Positions 37,301 through 48,208 of a stretch of DNA of 64,000 bases are shown here, one piece after another; the stretch's first letter is position 1, and the number at the start of each line of letters is the position of its first letter. The notes below the pieces were generated by a model. It saw only the letters and a program-made list of their open reading frames with translations, did not search any database and was not told where the DNA came from. The stretch covers positions 62,001-126,000 of the forward strand of contig CBFFRP010000036.1 in assembly GCA_965644295.1 (NCBI GenBank), read 5' to 3'. This DNA comes from Paraphysomonas bandaiensis (lineage: Eukaryota; Protista; Chrysophyceae). The translations under genes and the position numbers were made by a program.

Positions 37301-40300
37301 CACCAACTATTTCACCTACGAATGAGCCGACGACTTCACCGACGAGTGCTCCAACCGCTTTACCATCAACTTCGCCAACAAGTTCGCCTACTTGTGCACC
37401 TACATCTGGACCAACCATTTCGCCGACAATTTTTCCCTCTCTATCACCAACATGTGCACCTACTTGTGCACCAACCAACTCACCTTCGAGTGTACCTCCT
37501 ACTGAATCACCTACGGTATCTCCTACTATGGTTGGTGATACGAATTCCCCAACTGTAACGCCTACAGTGTCTCCTACTGTAACAGGTGCTACGAATGCTC
37601 CAACTGCGTCACCCACAGTATCTCCTACTGTAACAGGTGCTACGAATGTTCCAACTGAATCGCCTACAGTGTCTCCTACTGTAACAGGTGCTACGAATGC
37701 TCCAACTGCATCACCCACGGTATTTCCTACTATGGTCGGTGCTACGAATGTTCCAACTGAATCACCTACGGTGTCTCCTACTATGGTTGGTGCTACAAAT
37801 GCTCCAACTGCATCGCCCACGGTATCTCCTACTATGGTTGGTGATACGAACGCACCTACCGCATTTCCCACCGTGGTTAATGAAACGAACATACCTACTA
37901 TATCTCCCACGGTTTCTCCTACTATAGTTGGTGACACGAATGCTCCAACTGCGTCACCCACAGTATCTCCTACTATGGTTGGCGATACGAATTCTCCAAC
38001 TGCATCACCTACGGTATTCCCTACTATGGTTAATGAAACTAATGTACCTACTGAATCTCCCACTGTATCACCTACAGTGTCTCCTACTGTAACAGGTGAT
38101 ACGAACGCACCTACCGCATTTCCCACCGTGGTTAATGAAACGAATGTACCTACTGCATCACCTACGGTTTCTCCTACTATGGTTGGTGATACGAATTCCC
38201 CAACTGTAACGCCTACAGTGTCTCCTACTATGATTGGTGATACGAATGCTCCAACTGCATCACCCACGGTATTTCCTACGATTGTTAATGAAACGAACGC
38301 ACCTACCGCATTTCCCACCGTGGTTAATGAAACGAATGTACCTACTGCATCACCTACGGTTTCTCCTACTACGGTTGGTGATACGAATTCCCCAACTGCA
38401 TCACCTACGGTATTCCCTACTATGGTTAATGAAACTAGTGTACCTACTGAATCTCCCACTGTATCCCCTACTATGGTTGGTGATACGAATGCTCCAACTG
38501 TATCACCTACAGTGTCTCCTACTGTAACAGGTGATACGAACGCACCTACCGCATTTCCCACCGTGGTTAATGAAACGAATGTACCTACTGCATCACCTAC
38601 GGTTTCTCCTACTATGGTTGGTGATACGAATTCCCCAACTGTAACGCCTACAGTGTCTCCTACTGTAACAGGTGCTACGAATGCTCCAACTGCATCACCC
38701 ACGGTATTTCCTACGATTGTTAATGAAACGAACGCACCTACCGCATTTCCCACCGTGGTTAATGAAACGAATGTACCTACTGCATCACCTACGGTTTCTC
38801 CTACTACGGTTGGTGATACGAATTCCCCAACTGCAATGCCTACAGTGTCTCCCACTGTGGTTGGTGCTACGAATGCTCCAACTGCATCACCCACAGTATC
38901 TCCTACTGTGGTTGGCGATACGAATTCCCCAACTGTATCTCCCACGGTATTTCCTACTATGGTTAATGAAACGAATGCTCCAACTGAATCTCCCACAGTA
39001 TCCCCTACTGTGGTTGGTGATACGAATGCTCCAACTGTGTCACCTACAGTGCCTCCTACTGTAACAGGTGCTACGAATGCTCCAACTGCATCACCTACGG
39101 TATTTCCTACTGTGGTTGGTGATACGAACGCACCTACCGCATTTCCCACGGTACCCCCTACTATGGTTGGTGATACGAATGCTCCAACTGTATCACCCAC
39201 AGTGTCTCCTACTGTAACAGGTGCTACAAATGCTCCAACTGCATCACCTACGGTATTTCCTACTATGGCTAATGAAACGAATGCTCCAACTGTATCACCT
39301 ACAGTGTCTCCTACTGTAACAGGTGATACAAATGCTCCAACTGCATCACCCACGGTATTTCCTACTATGGCTAATGAAACGAAAGTACCTACTGCTTTTC
39401 CGACATTATATAATGAGACTGGCGGTATTTCTCTTTCACCTACCTTCCAGCCGAGTATATCTTCCTCGTCATCGTCAGTTGGTAACGTTTTGTGTCGAAT
39501 TGCTGGGCAGTTCAATCTTAGTACACGTCCTGTAAATGGTTGGACTTGCACGGATGATATGAATCCGATAACTGAAAATGGACGCGATGTGTGTGATGAT
39601 AACTGGACTGGCATTTTATGCGATGATGGTGGGAAAATTTCATCTCTTGATCTTTCAGGTCTTGGCTTATCTGGTACTGTCTCTTCGGATATAGGCCAAC
39701 TTACTGCTCTTCAAAGTCTTGATTTGTCATCGAATAGCCTGCGAGGTCCTCTTCCGATTGAATTGGGACAATTAACTAGTCTAGAAGCTTTCGATATACA
39801 TTCAAATGAATTTGGTTCATTAAATCGAAGGCTTGGACAATATTCTCCTTATAATCGCAAACTTCAAACTTCCTTCGTGGATGAAAGTTTTACAGTTATC
39901 GCGAATATGTCGTCACTTACATTTCTAGATGTCGGGTCAAATGGCCTGACGGGCAGAGTTCCATCATCGCTGTGTGCTCTCCCACTGAGAACTCTAATTC
40001 TGGTTTCTACCACCGCAACAACAACCGCTAGAAATAGTTTTGACTGTATCGCGGAGTGTTTGACAGAAAAGGAAGATTTAACGTTGGTTGTTTCTGGTCT
40101 TTCCCCCTGTGTAGATACTGCTTCCCCGACTCCGAATCCTACTCGCAGCCCAACTGTAGAAGGAAATCAAGCTAGGTCATCTGGTTCCGAGCCTGTGTTG
40201 GGCCAGAACGGGGTGAGTTTTGTGTCTGCTGCAGCGGCATTGTTTTTGCTGCTTTTGCTGTGCTGCTGTTACACATTTTGTATTCGGCGACGTAATCAGC

Positions 40301-41022
40301 AAGATGTCATTCGAAAGTATAGAGATGACTCTATTGTAGCCCGGCCTACACAGGTTAATTTAATGACCCTTCGAAATGCTGAGAAGAAGCAAGCGTCCGT
40401 TTCTTCGTCATCGTTCTCGTCATCTTCGGAAAGCTCGGATTCCAGTGATGAGAGTGCTGATATTGATGACATTGGAGTTCTTGAGCCAAATGCCAAGCAG
40501 AAATCTATCGCTGTCACTGTGTGGAACAATGAGCTTTTGGATTTTCATAAAGGTAATGTAAAAGTATCTTCTGACGTGGCAAAAATGCAACAAAAGGACA
40601 AAATATTTAGTTTTGCCGACGTCTACAGTTCAAGTGATGAGCCTGATGAGGATGATATCCCAATGGCGGATGTTGATGACTTAACGCAGTATTCTGACTC
40701 TGTTGATGAGTTCGGTGTCCCTTACAGTAGGGATACCTTGACATATAATTCGAGAGGTGGTAGTTATTCAACATATAGGTCTAGAGAAAGCTATATGACG
40801 CAAAGTGTCAGGGAGGGGCCTTCAGATGCAACTCGATCAACCTACACGGAGTCTTTACGAGAAACTTATAAAATTCCATCAGTTTCCTCAATGGACAGTG
40901 CTACACTCACACGAGGTACAGACGACCAGGATGAGCGCGATTCGACGAGGAAAACTTTGACGAGAAAGTCTTCTTCAAGAGCTGAAATGTACAGGCAGCC
41001 CTCGGAAACATTTGATCTTTAA
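25362..41022 (+). CDS. Giant (~5,200 aa) single-pass surface protein: signal peptide, 5x lectin-like domain A, 3x domain B, PT/mucin stalks, LRRs, TM, Ser/acidic tail
   Basis: True start ATG at 25362 (MLLQYLVICVISFANG, signal-like); 49-nt intron 25486-25534; 15.5-kb open exon; LRR N-cap and LRRs (WTGILC...SLDLSGLGLSGTV...LDLSSNSLRGPLP) at about 39480-40110; TM FVSAAAALFLLLLLCCCYTFCI at about 40220-40285; no kinase domain. Confidence 0.9.
28665..36130 (+). repeat. Three near-identical ~2.4-2.55-kb intragenic tandem units (domain A + domain B)
   Basis: Equivalent positions at 28860, 31410 and 33828; the units differ mainly in PT-linker copy number and a handful of SNPs. Confidence 0.95.
36120..39420 (+). 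repeat. Coding minisatellite: P/T/S mucin-like stalk
   Basis: PTSAPT, PTCAPTISPTNEPT and SPTVSPTMVGDTNAPT repeats with many NET sequons. Confidence 0.95.
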
Positions 41023-41258
41023 ATGATGATAAGTTGTTAACTGAAGTTTTGATACCAGTATACGTTCGGAGATATCTGTGTCTCTGTAGTAGTAGAATAA
41101 TTTTATTGCGGAATATATTGACATGATTTCAATATTTGTCACAACACGTTACTGGGAAATGATTTATGGTAGTGTATGCATTTAACAATGTAATGAAACA
41201 ATATGAGGTCGTTTATGTCATCAACTATGTAGCTTTATTGAAGATAATATTTAGGGAC

Positions 41259-41526
41259 TGCTAGAATCGGACATTAGAATGAGCTTAACCTTACACCCAA
41301 ACCTTAAACTTGCTTGGTTGACGCTTCGTAGTTGCAAGTAAAAGAATTCTAATTATTATTCTAAACACTTCAGATGTAGCTACGAGGGCTGCGTAACAAT
41401 AGTCAATTAATTGACGCAGGCTGTAGTCAAATATAATTGTAATAATTTATTGCTGTCTCAATTAATTGCTATTAATTAATACTTAATACTAAACTACATA
41501 TGCTCAGGCGCTCAGGCACACCAGCG
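41259..41526 (-). mobile_element. Probable old solo LTR related to the LTR of copia A
   Basis: 41259-41372 aligns with 5573-5690 (GGACATT...AAACC.TAA.CTTGCT...CAAGTAA.A.AATT.TAATTATTATTCT.AACACTTCA); flanked by GGGAC at 41254-41258 and 41527-41531. Confidence 0.6.
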
Positions 41527-41815
41527 GGGACATAAGATGTAGACCTGCTTATTGCAGAACAGGCAGGTCAATGAGTATTCTTTATTGTAAGCTCGTGCAG
41601 TTTACACCGCAGTTGTAAACATGCATTTATTTCTGACTAGATTTTTTTCGAGATAGTTGTATAGGAAACAGACAGTAGGAGAAATACTGTGCAGAACTGT
41701 CACAGCCTGTTGTCGTTGTATGCTGCAAGACAGCGACAATGATGACGTGTGATTGCAACTGTACAGTTGCTTTCATATGTTATGTTTCTGTTGTATCTCA
41801 CTTTCTGTTTATGTT

Positions 41816-44800
41816 TGTTGAGTTCTGCTATATGAGAGCAATTGAAAGCTGTAGTTATAAGGTATTTAAATTACTGTATTATACAGTTGTAGTCTTGTTA
41901 ATCGTATTGTGAGAATGAATGACGATAAGCACATAGCGGTAAAACGGAATATTGTGACGATGCAAGTTGTAGTGACGATGTAAGATCGTCGTACGAGAAA
42001 TGAGTGGTAGTGGAGACAACATGATATTGATGAATGATAAGAGACATTGATTATAATTTATAATTCTCAGCTTTGAGTATAAGTTACCTTCTGTTGTTAA
42101 GTTAATACTTCTCATATAATGTCAAACCTTGACATGGTAGCAGACGGTAGTTCCGCAAGTAGTTCGGAATGGAAACACCTTCCGAAGTTCGATCAGTTCG
42201 GTGTTGTGAACTGGACGAAGCGATTGAGAGTTTGGCTTATGAGAAAGAATCGGAACCATCTTGGGTTGGAAGAGCGACCGCATCGACCTGCTGACAATGC
42301 GTCCACAGCTGTGAAAAACAAGTATAAGGAAGACCTCGACAAGTGGTTGGAGAGAAAAGACACCTGCATCAGTTCCATCTTCGAAGCTGTTCAACCTGTT
42401 GCGGAGGCGCTTGAGATTGTTGATCAATACTTCCGAGAGAAGGACATGCTTCCACCTGATGATCCCGATAAGGAGATGTTAGCAAGTGAATTGGTAAATA
42501 AATTGGTTATTAGATTTCGTGGGGAAACCCAGTACGAATTGGTGGAACTGAATAAACAGTTTGCGTCATTTAGAATTCTACAGGGGGAGCTGGTGTGTAC
42601 AGCCATTGATCGACTGAACGGAATTGTCCAAAAAATGACGGAACTTGGTGAGCCGCCAACTGACGTATCCAAAAAAACGAAGCTGCAGACTGCGCTGGAA
42701 ACGAGGAAGGATCTGGAGCAGCTGTACACAAACATCTACCTGAAAGGTGATATTTCATTTAATGAGATGATCACCATTTGTAGGCGCTTCGACCAGGCAA
42801 AGGGTCTACCACAGGAGTCTTCTGCACCGGAAGTACATTGGAATTCTTCTGATCAAGAGGTAACATGCTCATACTCTAAATGTGGAAAACGAGGTCACAC
42901 GCAGAAGAACTGCTGGATGAAGAAGAAAGATCTGAAGATCTCCCAAATGAAGCGCAATGGTAAAAACAAGCATCGAAGCCAACAAGCAGAATCCAAAAGA
43001 AGTAAGTCAAAGAATGGCGCTGATGATGATGGATGTTTTGTGTGTGGCGTATCTGGACATCGAGCTCATGAATGCAGACATCGAGCTCAAGTTCGAAAAA
43101 CAAGGAAAGCGGAGGATTCTGTTAACAAAAAACGACTTTTTTCCGAAAAAAACGGTACGATGGAAAGGCCCATCAAAAAGAGCTCGGACTGGAATCGTTA
43201 TCTTCAAAGAGACGAGCAAGAGGATGATTCTGTGCACATGTTGTTATATGATGAATCGAGTAACTTAGAAGTGAATGTTGCAGATGAGGTGCTGCATACT
43301 TCTGAAGACATTGTATTTCTAGACAGCTGCGCGTCGAAACAACTCTTCATCATCAAGAACAGTGATATTCTACAGACATTTGTTGCAGACGAAGGAGCCA
43401 TTCAGACAACCAAAGCGGGATCCAGCTTACGATATACTGGCTCAGGCAACTATGGTGACTGGACAAAATTAAAGGTATGCCCCGACTCAGTCAAGAATAT
43501 TTGTTCGGGAGGGATGCTTCGTACGCTTGGATATGGACTTCAGCTGCTAGAGACCCCAAAAATAGTGCGATTGGATAATGCAGAAGTTGTTCTTGAAGCT
43601 AGGTATTCAGATAATGGAATGCCCTTCGTTGATCTAAAGGACTTGTTGGAGTTACCTGACTTGACGAGTTTAGCTGCAGAAGTACATCTATCGGATAAAA
43701 CAAATGAAGACCCTCTGGAATTGCTTCACAAACGATGCGGGCATGTCAGCAAGCGCAAGCTATTAGAAGCTTTCAAACATCGGTTGTTCACAGGGAGTGG
43801 CCTTAACAGATCTCATCTGAGTAAGAAGAGTCTTCAGAAAACCAAGGGTATCTGCAAAGCCTGTGCAAAGTCGAAGATTACCAGAATCTCGTTTCCTGGG
43901 AAGAGTGATGAAGAGCTACAGGCGACAAGGTTTCTGGAAAAAGTAACTGTCGATATAGGAGTATATTTCAATTGTCCATCTCGACAGGGATACCGGTATG
44001 TATTAGCGTTGACAGATGTGGCCACCAAGGAATGCTGGGAGTTTCCGTTGAAAACTCGGACCGCAAGTGAGGTGTTGGAGCACATTAGGAATTGGGTCGA
44101 GGTTCTTCTTCCCAAGTATCCAGGAGTTCATCGACTATCTGTGTATCATGCCGATGGGGGAGCCGAACTCATTGATAAGTCTATTCAGGAGTATCTTCAC
44201 AGCAAGTTTGGCACCTCAATTACGTGGAGCTCTACGGACTCACCTGAGATGAATGGCGTGTCTGAGAGACGTTTTCGAACCGCGGGAGAGATGACTCTTG
44301 CAATGCTGTCAGATGCTGGATTCCCAGTTCCATTCTGGTGGGATGCCTACGTATATGCATCTGAAATTATTCGCATGATGCCCACTCGGACCTACCGCGG
44401 ATGGATGTCTCCCATGGAGTGTGTACCTGGAGGTTCTGTTCCGGATTTATCCAGTTTACGTCGATGGGGGTGTAAAGCTTATGTGAAGACTCCCAGGGGT
44501 GATCGTCGAAAAAATTGGCAAGGCAAATCGCAGATTGGATATTTTTTAGGTCTCTCCAAAAAGAAGAGGGGATACAGAATATGGCTAGGAGAGTCCGAAG
44601 TTGTGTCAATACATGTGTTATTCGACGAAAGCATTCCCCCCAGAGAGAAGGAGTATTTCGAGGAGCTGGAGGCTGCGTTAGTTAAACATGATCCCCAGGC
44701 TCGACAGGTTGAAGAGTTCAACCATTTGATTGGATCTTACCATACCGATGAGGGTTTCCTGTTTAGGACTACGAGAGTCGTGGTTCGGAAAGGTTTGATC

Positions 44801-47347
44801 GTGGCTTATAGAGCCTTAGTAACTGCTGGTAGAGAGCAGTTGGAGGAGAAGACTCCGATACATATAGCTGATGTAGTGAAACTAACTCAGTCGTATAATT
44901 TGCGCAGGTGGCACGAAAATCCTGCGACCCGTGACGATGGGGCAGGTGGTGAGGAGCGATCGATGCCGGCTGGGGGTGGGACACCCAAACAGTCTACGGC
45001 AGATGACTCATCAGGGAGTGAGCAGACTCCATGTGCCTTACCCGAGAGAAGCGTGAGCACTTCGTCTAGAGAGACAAGTGTGTGTGTCCCTAGTAGTCAA
45101 ACTGCTAACCCGCCAGCTGCTATAAGCAAGAGGGTACGAACCCAAAGAGTGATGACCAACGTGTCTACTCTGGGTGAAATCAACTTCCTGTGTGGGGAAG
45201 ATGCCGTTAATATGTGTAAGGCAAGTGATGACTCATTGATTACTGACCCGTCTGATTATAGGGAGCCTGAGTCATACGAAGAGTCTCTTCAGTGTAGTGA
45301 TGCAGACAAATGGAAGGAGGCGCGCAGATTAGAACGGAATGCACTTTTTCAGCGTGAAGTGTTTGAAGTAGTAGAAACTCCGCCTGATGCACGACCTCTT
45401 AAATCTCGTTACGTATATAAGCGAAAGTACAATAAGGATGGCTCCATCAAGAAGCATAAAGCACGACTTGTAGCACTTGGGTACGGTCAACAATCTGGCG
45501 TCGATGTGGACAACACATTTGCCCCTGTAGTCAAGAGTATATCTGTTCGGTTGATTCTGGCGTTGGCTCTTGTGTTCAGTATGTTTGTGCATCAACTCGA
45601 TGTCTCCAGTGCGTTCTGTTATGCCGATATTGAAGGCGACGTTTACATGAATCCTACTCCAGATTTTCAACTTCCACCTGGACATTGTTTTAAATTGAAG
45701 AAATCTCTATATGGACTCCGTAGTTCACCACGATCATGGTGGAAAACCATAAACAAGTTCATCAAATCCTTGGGATTTCGACCGTGTGTGTTAGAACCTT
45801 GCTTGTATCATGCTGTATATAAAGGTCATAAAGTGTATCTCACCATATATGTGGATGACATCGTCATCGCATGTGCTGACCTTAATATTATTACAGAAAT
45901 AAAAGCTAGATTCTGCGAACGATTCGACATGACGGATATGGGAGCCGTTGAACATTTCCTGAATGTTCGTGTCACGCGAGGACAGGATTTCATTCAGCTG
46001 GATCAGCAGACATATGCGGAGAAAATTCTTCTCAAATTCGCTGATTTCCTCGGTCCCTCATCAAAAATCCGAAAGTCGCCGCTACCCCTCGATGCAATGG
46101 ACAGAATTAATCAAGCAGACAGCGATCTCACACCTGAGGAGAAAGAGGGAGTAGATAATTATCCTTATCGCAGCCTACTGGGTGCCATGTTATATCTATC
46201 TATGAATACTCGCCCTGATATTGCATATGCAGTTGGTTTGTTATCTAGATATGCATCTAAGCCTACCCGGGCTACATGTTATTTAATGACGTACCTATTG
46301 CAGTACGTTAGGGGTACAGTTCGAAAGGGTATTCGGTTCAGTAGTAAGCACTTCGACATGCACATCTTTACTGATGCAGACTGGGCTGGCGATGTGGTGT
46401 CACGCCGATCTACGACTGGATACATAGTATTTGCCGCCGGTGGACCACTTATCTGGCAGTCCATTTTACAGGCTACCGTTTCAACGTCATCAATGCAAAG
46501 TGAGTATCAGGCTATGTATGCTGGCATGCAAGAACTGGTATGGCTTCGGGGGGTGTTGGACGAATTAGGACTCCGTCTACGCGAACCCACACCATTTTTC
46601 TTGGATAGCCAGAGTGCTCGTGACTTAGCATTGAATCCGGTGTTCCATAAGCGTTCAAAACACATCGAGATCAAATACCATTGGGTTAGGGAACACGTAG
46701 ATCCAGATGGCCTCTTTAACACTGCCATATTGTACCACGTTGGAACAGATGATCAGACAGCAGACATATTCACGAAATCGTTGTGTGGTGTAACTTTCGA
46801 GAAACACAGGAAGAGATGCCTAGGAGAGGATCGAAAATCATCTGTTGAGGTTATTAGAGAAAAGACGTTCAAACGACGTAAGTGATCAGTTGACTGTGCT
46901 GTGAGACTAGCTGAAATGTCGGAGTCATACGTCCACCTGTTTGTCCTGTTTGGTTTCGGTGGTTGCGTATCCGTCAGTTATGTCTTGTGATGTGAAGAGT
47001 CTATCTACAGCTTTGAATTGAGAGGGAGTGTTGAGTTCTGCTATATGAGAGCAATTGAAAGCTGTAGTTATAAGGTATTTAAATTACTGTATTATACAGT
47101 TGTAGTCTTGTTAATCGTATTGTGAGAATGAATGACGATAAGCACATAGCGGTAAAACGGAATATTGTGACGATGCAAGTTGTAGTGACGATGTAAGATC
47201 GTCGTACGAGAAATGAGTGGTAGTGGAGACAACATGATATTGATGAATGATAAGAGACATTGATTATAATTTATAATTCTCAGCTTTGAGTATAAGTTAC
47301 CTTCTGTTGTTAAGTTAATACTTCTCATATAATGTCAAACCTTGACA
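41816..47347 (+). mobile_element. Ty1/copia LTR retrotransposon C, apparently intact and young
   Basis: 319-bp LTRs at 41816-42134 and 47029-47347 (TG...CA), identical by eye; TSD ATGTT at 41811-41815 and 47348-47352; PBS TGGTAGCAGA; PPT ATTGAGAGGGAG. Confidence 0.97.
42134..46885 (+). CDS. Gag-Pol polyprotein of copia C
   Basis: Uninterrupted ORF (alternative in-frame ATG at 42119 inside the LTR); 2 Zn knuckles, FLDSCA, HKRCGH..CKAC, HADGGAE, RLVALGY, YVDD, FTDADWAGD, RSKHI. Confidence 0.96.
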   Translation: MVADGSSASSSEWKHLPKFDQFGVVNWTKRLRVWLMRKNRNHLGLEERPHRPADNASTAVKNKYKEDLDKWLERKDTCISSIFEAVQPVAEALEIVDQYFREKDMLPPDDPDKEMLASELVNKLVIRFRGETQYELVELNKQFASFRILQGELVCTAIDRLNGIVQKMTELGEPPTDVSKKTKLQTALETRKDLEQLYTNIYLKGDISFNEMITICRRFDQAKGLPQESSAPEVHWNSSDQEVTCSYSKCGKRGHTQKNCWMKKKDLKISQMKRNGKNKHRSQQAESKRSKSKNGADDDGCFVCGVSGHRAHECRHRAQVRKTRKAEDSVNKKRLFSEKNGTMERPIKKSSDWNRYLQRDEQEDDSVHMLLYDESSNLEVNVADEVLHTSEDIVFLDSCASKQLFIIKNSDILQTFVADEGAIQTTKAGSSLRYTGSGNYGDWTKLKVCPDSVKNICSGGMLRTLGYGLQLLETPKIVRLDNAEVVLEARYSDNGMPFVDLKDLLELPDLTSLAAEVHLSDKTNEDPLELLHKRCGHVSKRKLLEAFKHRLFTGSGLNRSHLSKKSLQKTKGICKACAKSKITRISFPGKSDEELQATRFLEKVTVDIGVYFNCPSRQGYRYVLALTDVATKECWEFPLKTRTASEVLEHIRNWVEVLLPKYPGVHRLSVYHADGGAELIDKSIQEYLHSKFGTSITWSSTDSPEMNGVSERRFRTAGEMTLAMLSDAGFPVPFWWDAYVYASEIIRMMPTRTYRGWMSPMECVPGGSVPDLSSLRRWGCKAYVKTPRGDRRKNWQGKSQIGYFLGLSKKKRGYRIWLGESEVVSIHVLFDESIPPREKEYFEELEAALVKHDPQARQVEEFNHLIGSYHTDEGFLFRTTRVVVRKGLIVAYRALVTAGREQLEEKTPIHIADVVKLTQSYNLRRWHENPATRDDGAGGEERSMPAGGGTPKQSTADDSSGSEQTPCALPERSVSTSSRETSVCVPSSQTANPPAAISKRVRTQRVMTNVSTLGEINFLCGEDAVNMCKASDDSLITDPSDYREPESYEESLQCSDADKWKEARRLERNALFQREVFEVVETPPDARPLKSRYVYKRKYNKDGSIKKHKARLVALGYGQQSGVDVDNTFAPVVKSISVRLILALALVFSMFVHQLDVSSAFCYADIEGDVYMNPTPDFQLPPGHCFKLKKSLYGLRSSPRSWWKTINKFIKSLGFRPCVLEPCLYHAVYKGHKVYLTIYVDDIVIACADLNIITEIKARFCERFDMTDMGAVEHFLNVRVTRGQDFIQLDQQTYAEKILLKFADFLGPSSKIRKSPLPLDAMDRINQADSDLTPEEKEGVDNYPYRSLLGAMLYLSMNTRPDIAYAVGLLSRYASKPTRATCYLMTYLLQYVRGTVRKGIRFSSKHFDMHIFTDADWAGDVVSRRSTTGYIVFAAGGPLIWQSILQATVSTSSMQSEYQAMYAGMQELVWLRGVLDELGLRLREPTPFFLDSQSARDLALNPVFHKRSKHIEIKYHWVREHVDPDGLFNTAILYHVGTDDQTADIFTKSLCGVTFEKHRKRCLGEDRKSSVEVIREKTFKRRK

Positions 47348-47493
47348 ATGTTAACATACTTGGGTACTAGCGACCTGTCATGCCATAAGAGTTCAGGAGC
47401 ATCTGAGCTGTAGTGAAACTGTGAAAACAACTATCTATTTATCATTAGACTTATGTAGAACTCTGTGGAGAGATGCTTTAACCAAAGAGTGGT

Positions 47494-47850
47494 ACAAGGG
47501 ACACCAATAAGTGTCACTTGTGTAGACGTCTTTGGGCCCTGACGAATAAACAGGCATCCGGAAATGGGACGACCTCAAGGGCATCCGGGACAGGGCCCAC
47601 CTGAAGGGTAACCGGGGTATTGGGCTGCCTGCTGAAGTCAAGCATCCGGGATGTTCACCTTAAGAACTCAGAACGGAAGTGGTTGCACCTTGGTGCTTGC
47701 GGCGACGCACAAGCAGCTTTCGTAGCGTTAAATAGTAGGATAATGGAGTTTGTACTGATTAGTTACAGGTAGAGGTCTAACTAGTATGTCTAGCATTCAT
47801 CTAGCTACTATATCGGTGCAGGTTTTTAACGCCTATTGCTAAATAATAAG
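47494..47850 (+). repeat. Dispersed repeat copy (5'-truncated LINE-like 3' end)
   Basis: Aligns with 48209-48500; the residual frame ends GPPEG*, followed by the shared hairpin motif at 47679. Confidence 0.8.
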
Positions 47851-48208
47851 ACTTTCAATATATACGTTGCAGTCATGCTACTGAAGTTGACCTCTCACAA
47901 CATAAACCTTCAAATTCTTCCTAGAGCTAAAATAACAAACTTCTACTATACTTTCACTTCCCCAATTGCACATCAATAACTCCTCGTTCAATGTTGGAAT
48001 ACGTGATGTAGTGTATAATTACATAATTACCGTCTGAAATTACGTAGTGTATAATGCAGGGCTCTCAATAGAGTCGAACTCGCATCATTTCGTGGTTTCT
48101 GCTGGGGGATAAGTACCGGAGACATTTCTCCGCCAAACTAACGTGAGCCGCATATATAGTCAGCAGATAATTTTCTGCCCACTCATAGCTTAGAGTGCTT
48201 GTGTGCTT

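Noticed and set aside
36348-39614. 1088-aa antisense ORF (VG-rich), and similar ones at 26460-27413 and 28251-28826
   Set aside because: Shadow of the PT-repeat coding strand; low-complexity codons lack antisense stops.
41879-42115. Identical 78-aa antisense ORFs at 41879 and 47092
   Set aside because: They lie inside the two identical LTRs and show no coding signature.
47520-47575. Possible hammerhead ribozyme (GTC...CTGACGA...GAAA)
   Set aside because: The stems do not form, and the core is not conserved in the sister copy at 48240-48290 (TTGGCGA, GGAA).
47690-47720. GNRA hairpin with a CA bulge resembling group II intron domain V
   Set aside because: Too short, with no AGC/CGC triad at the right spacing and no domain VI or intron context.
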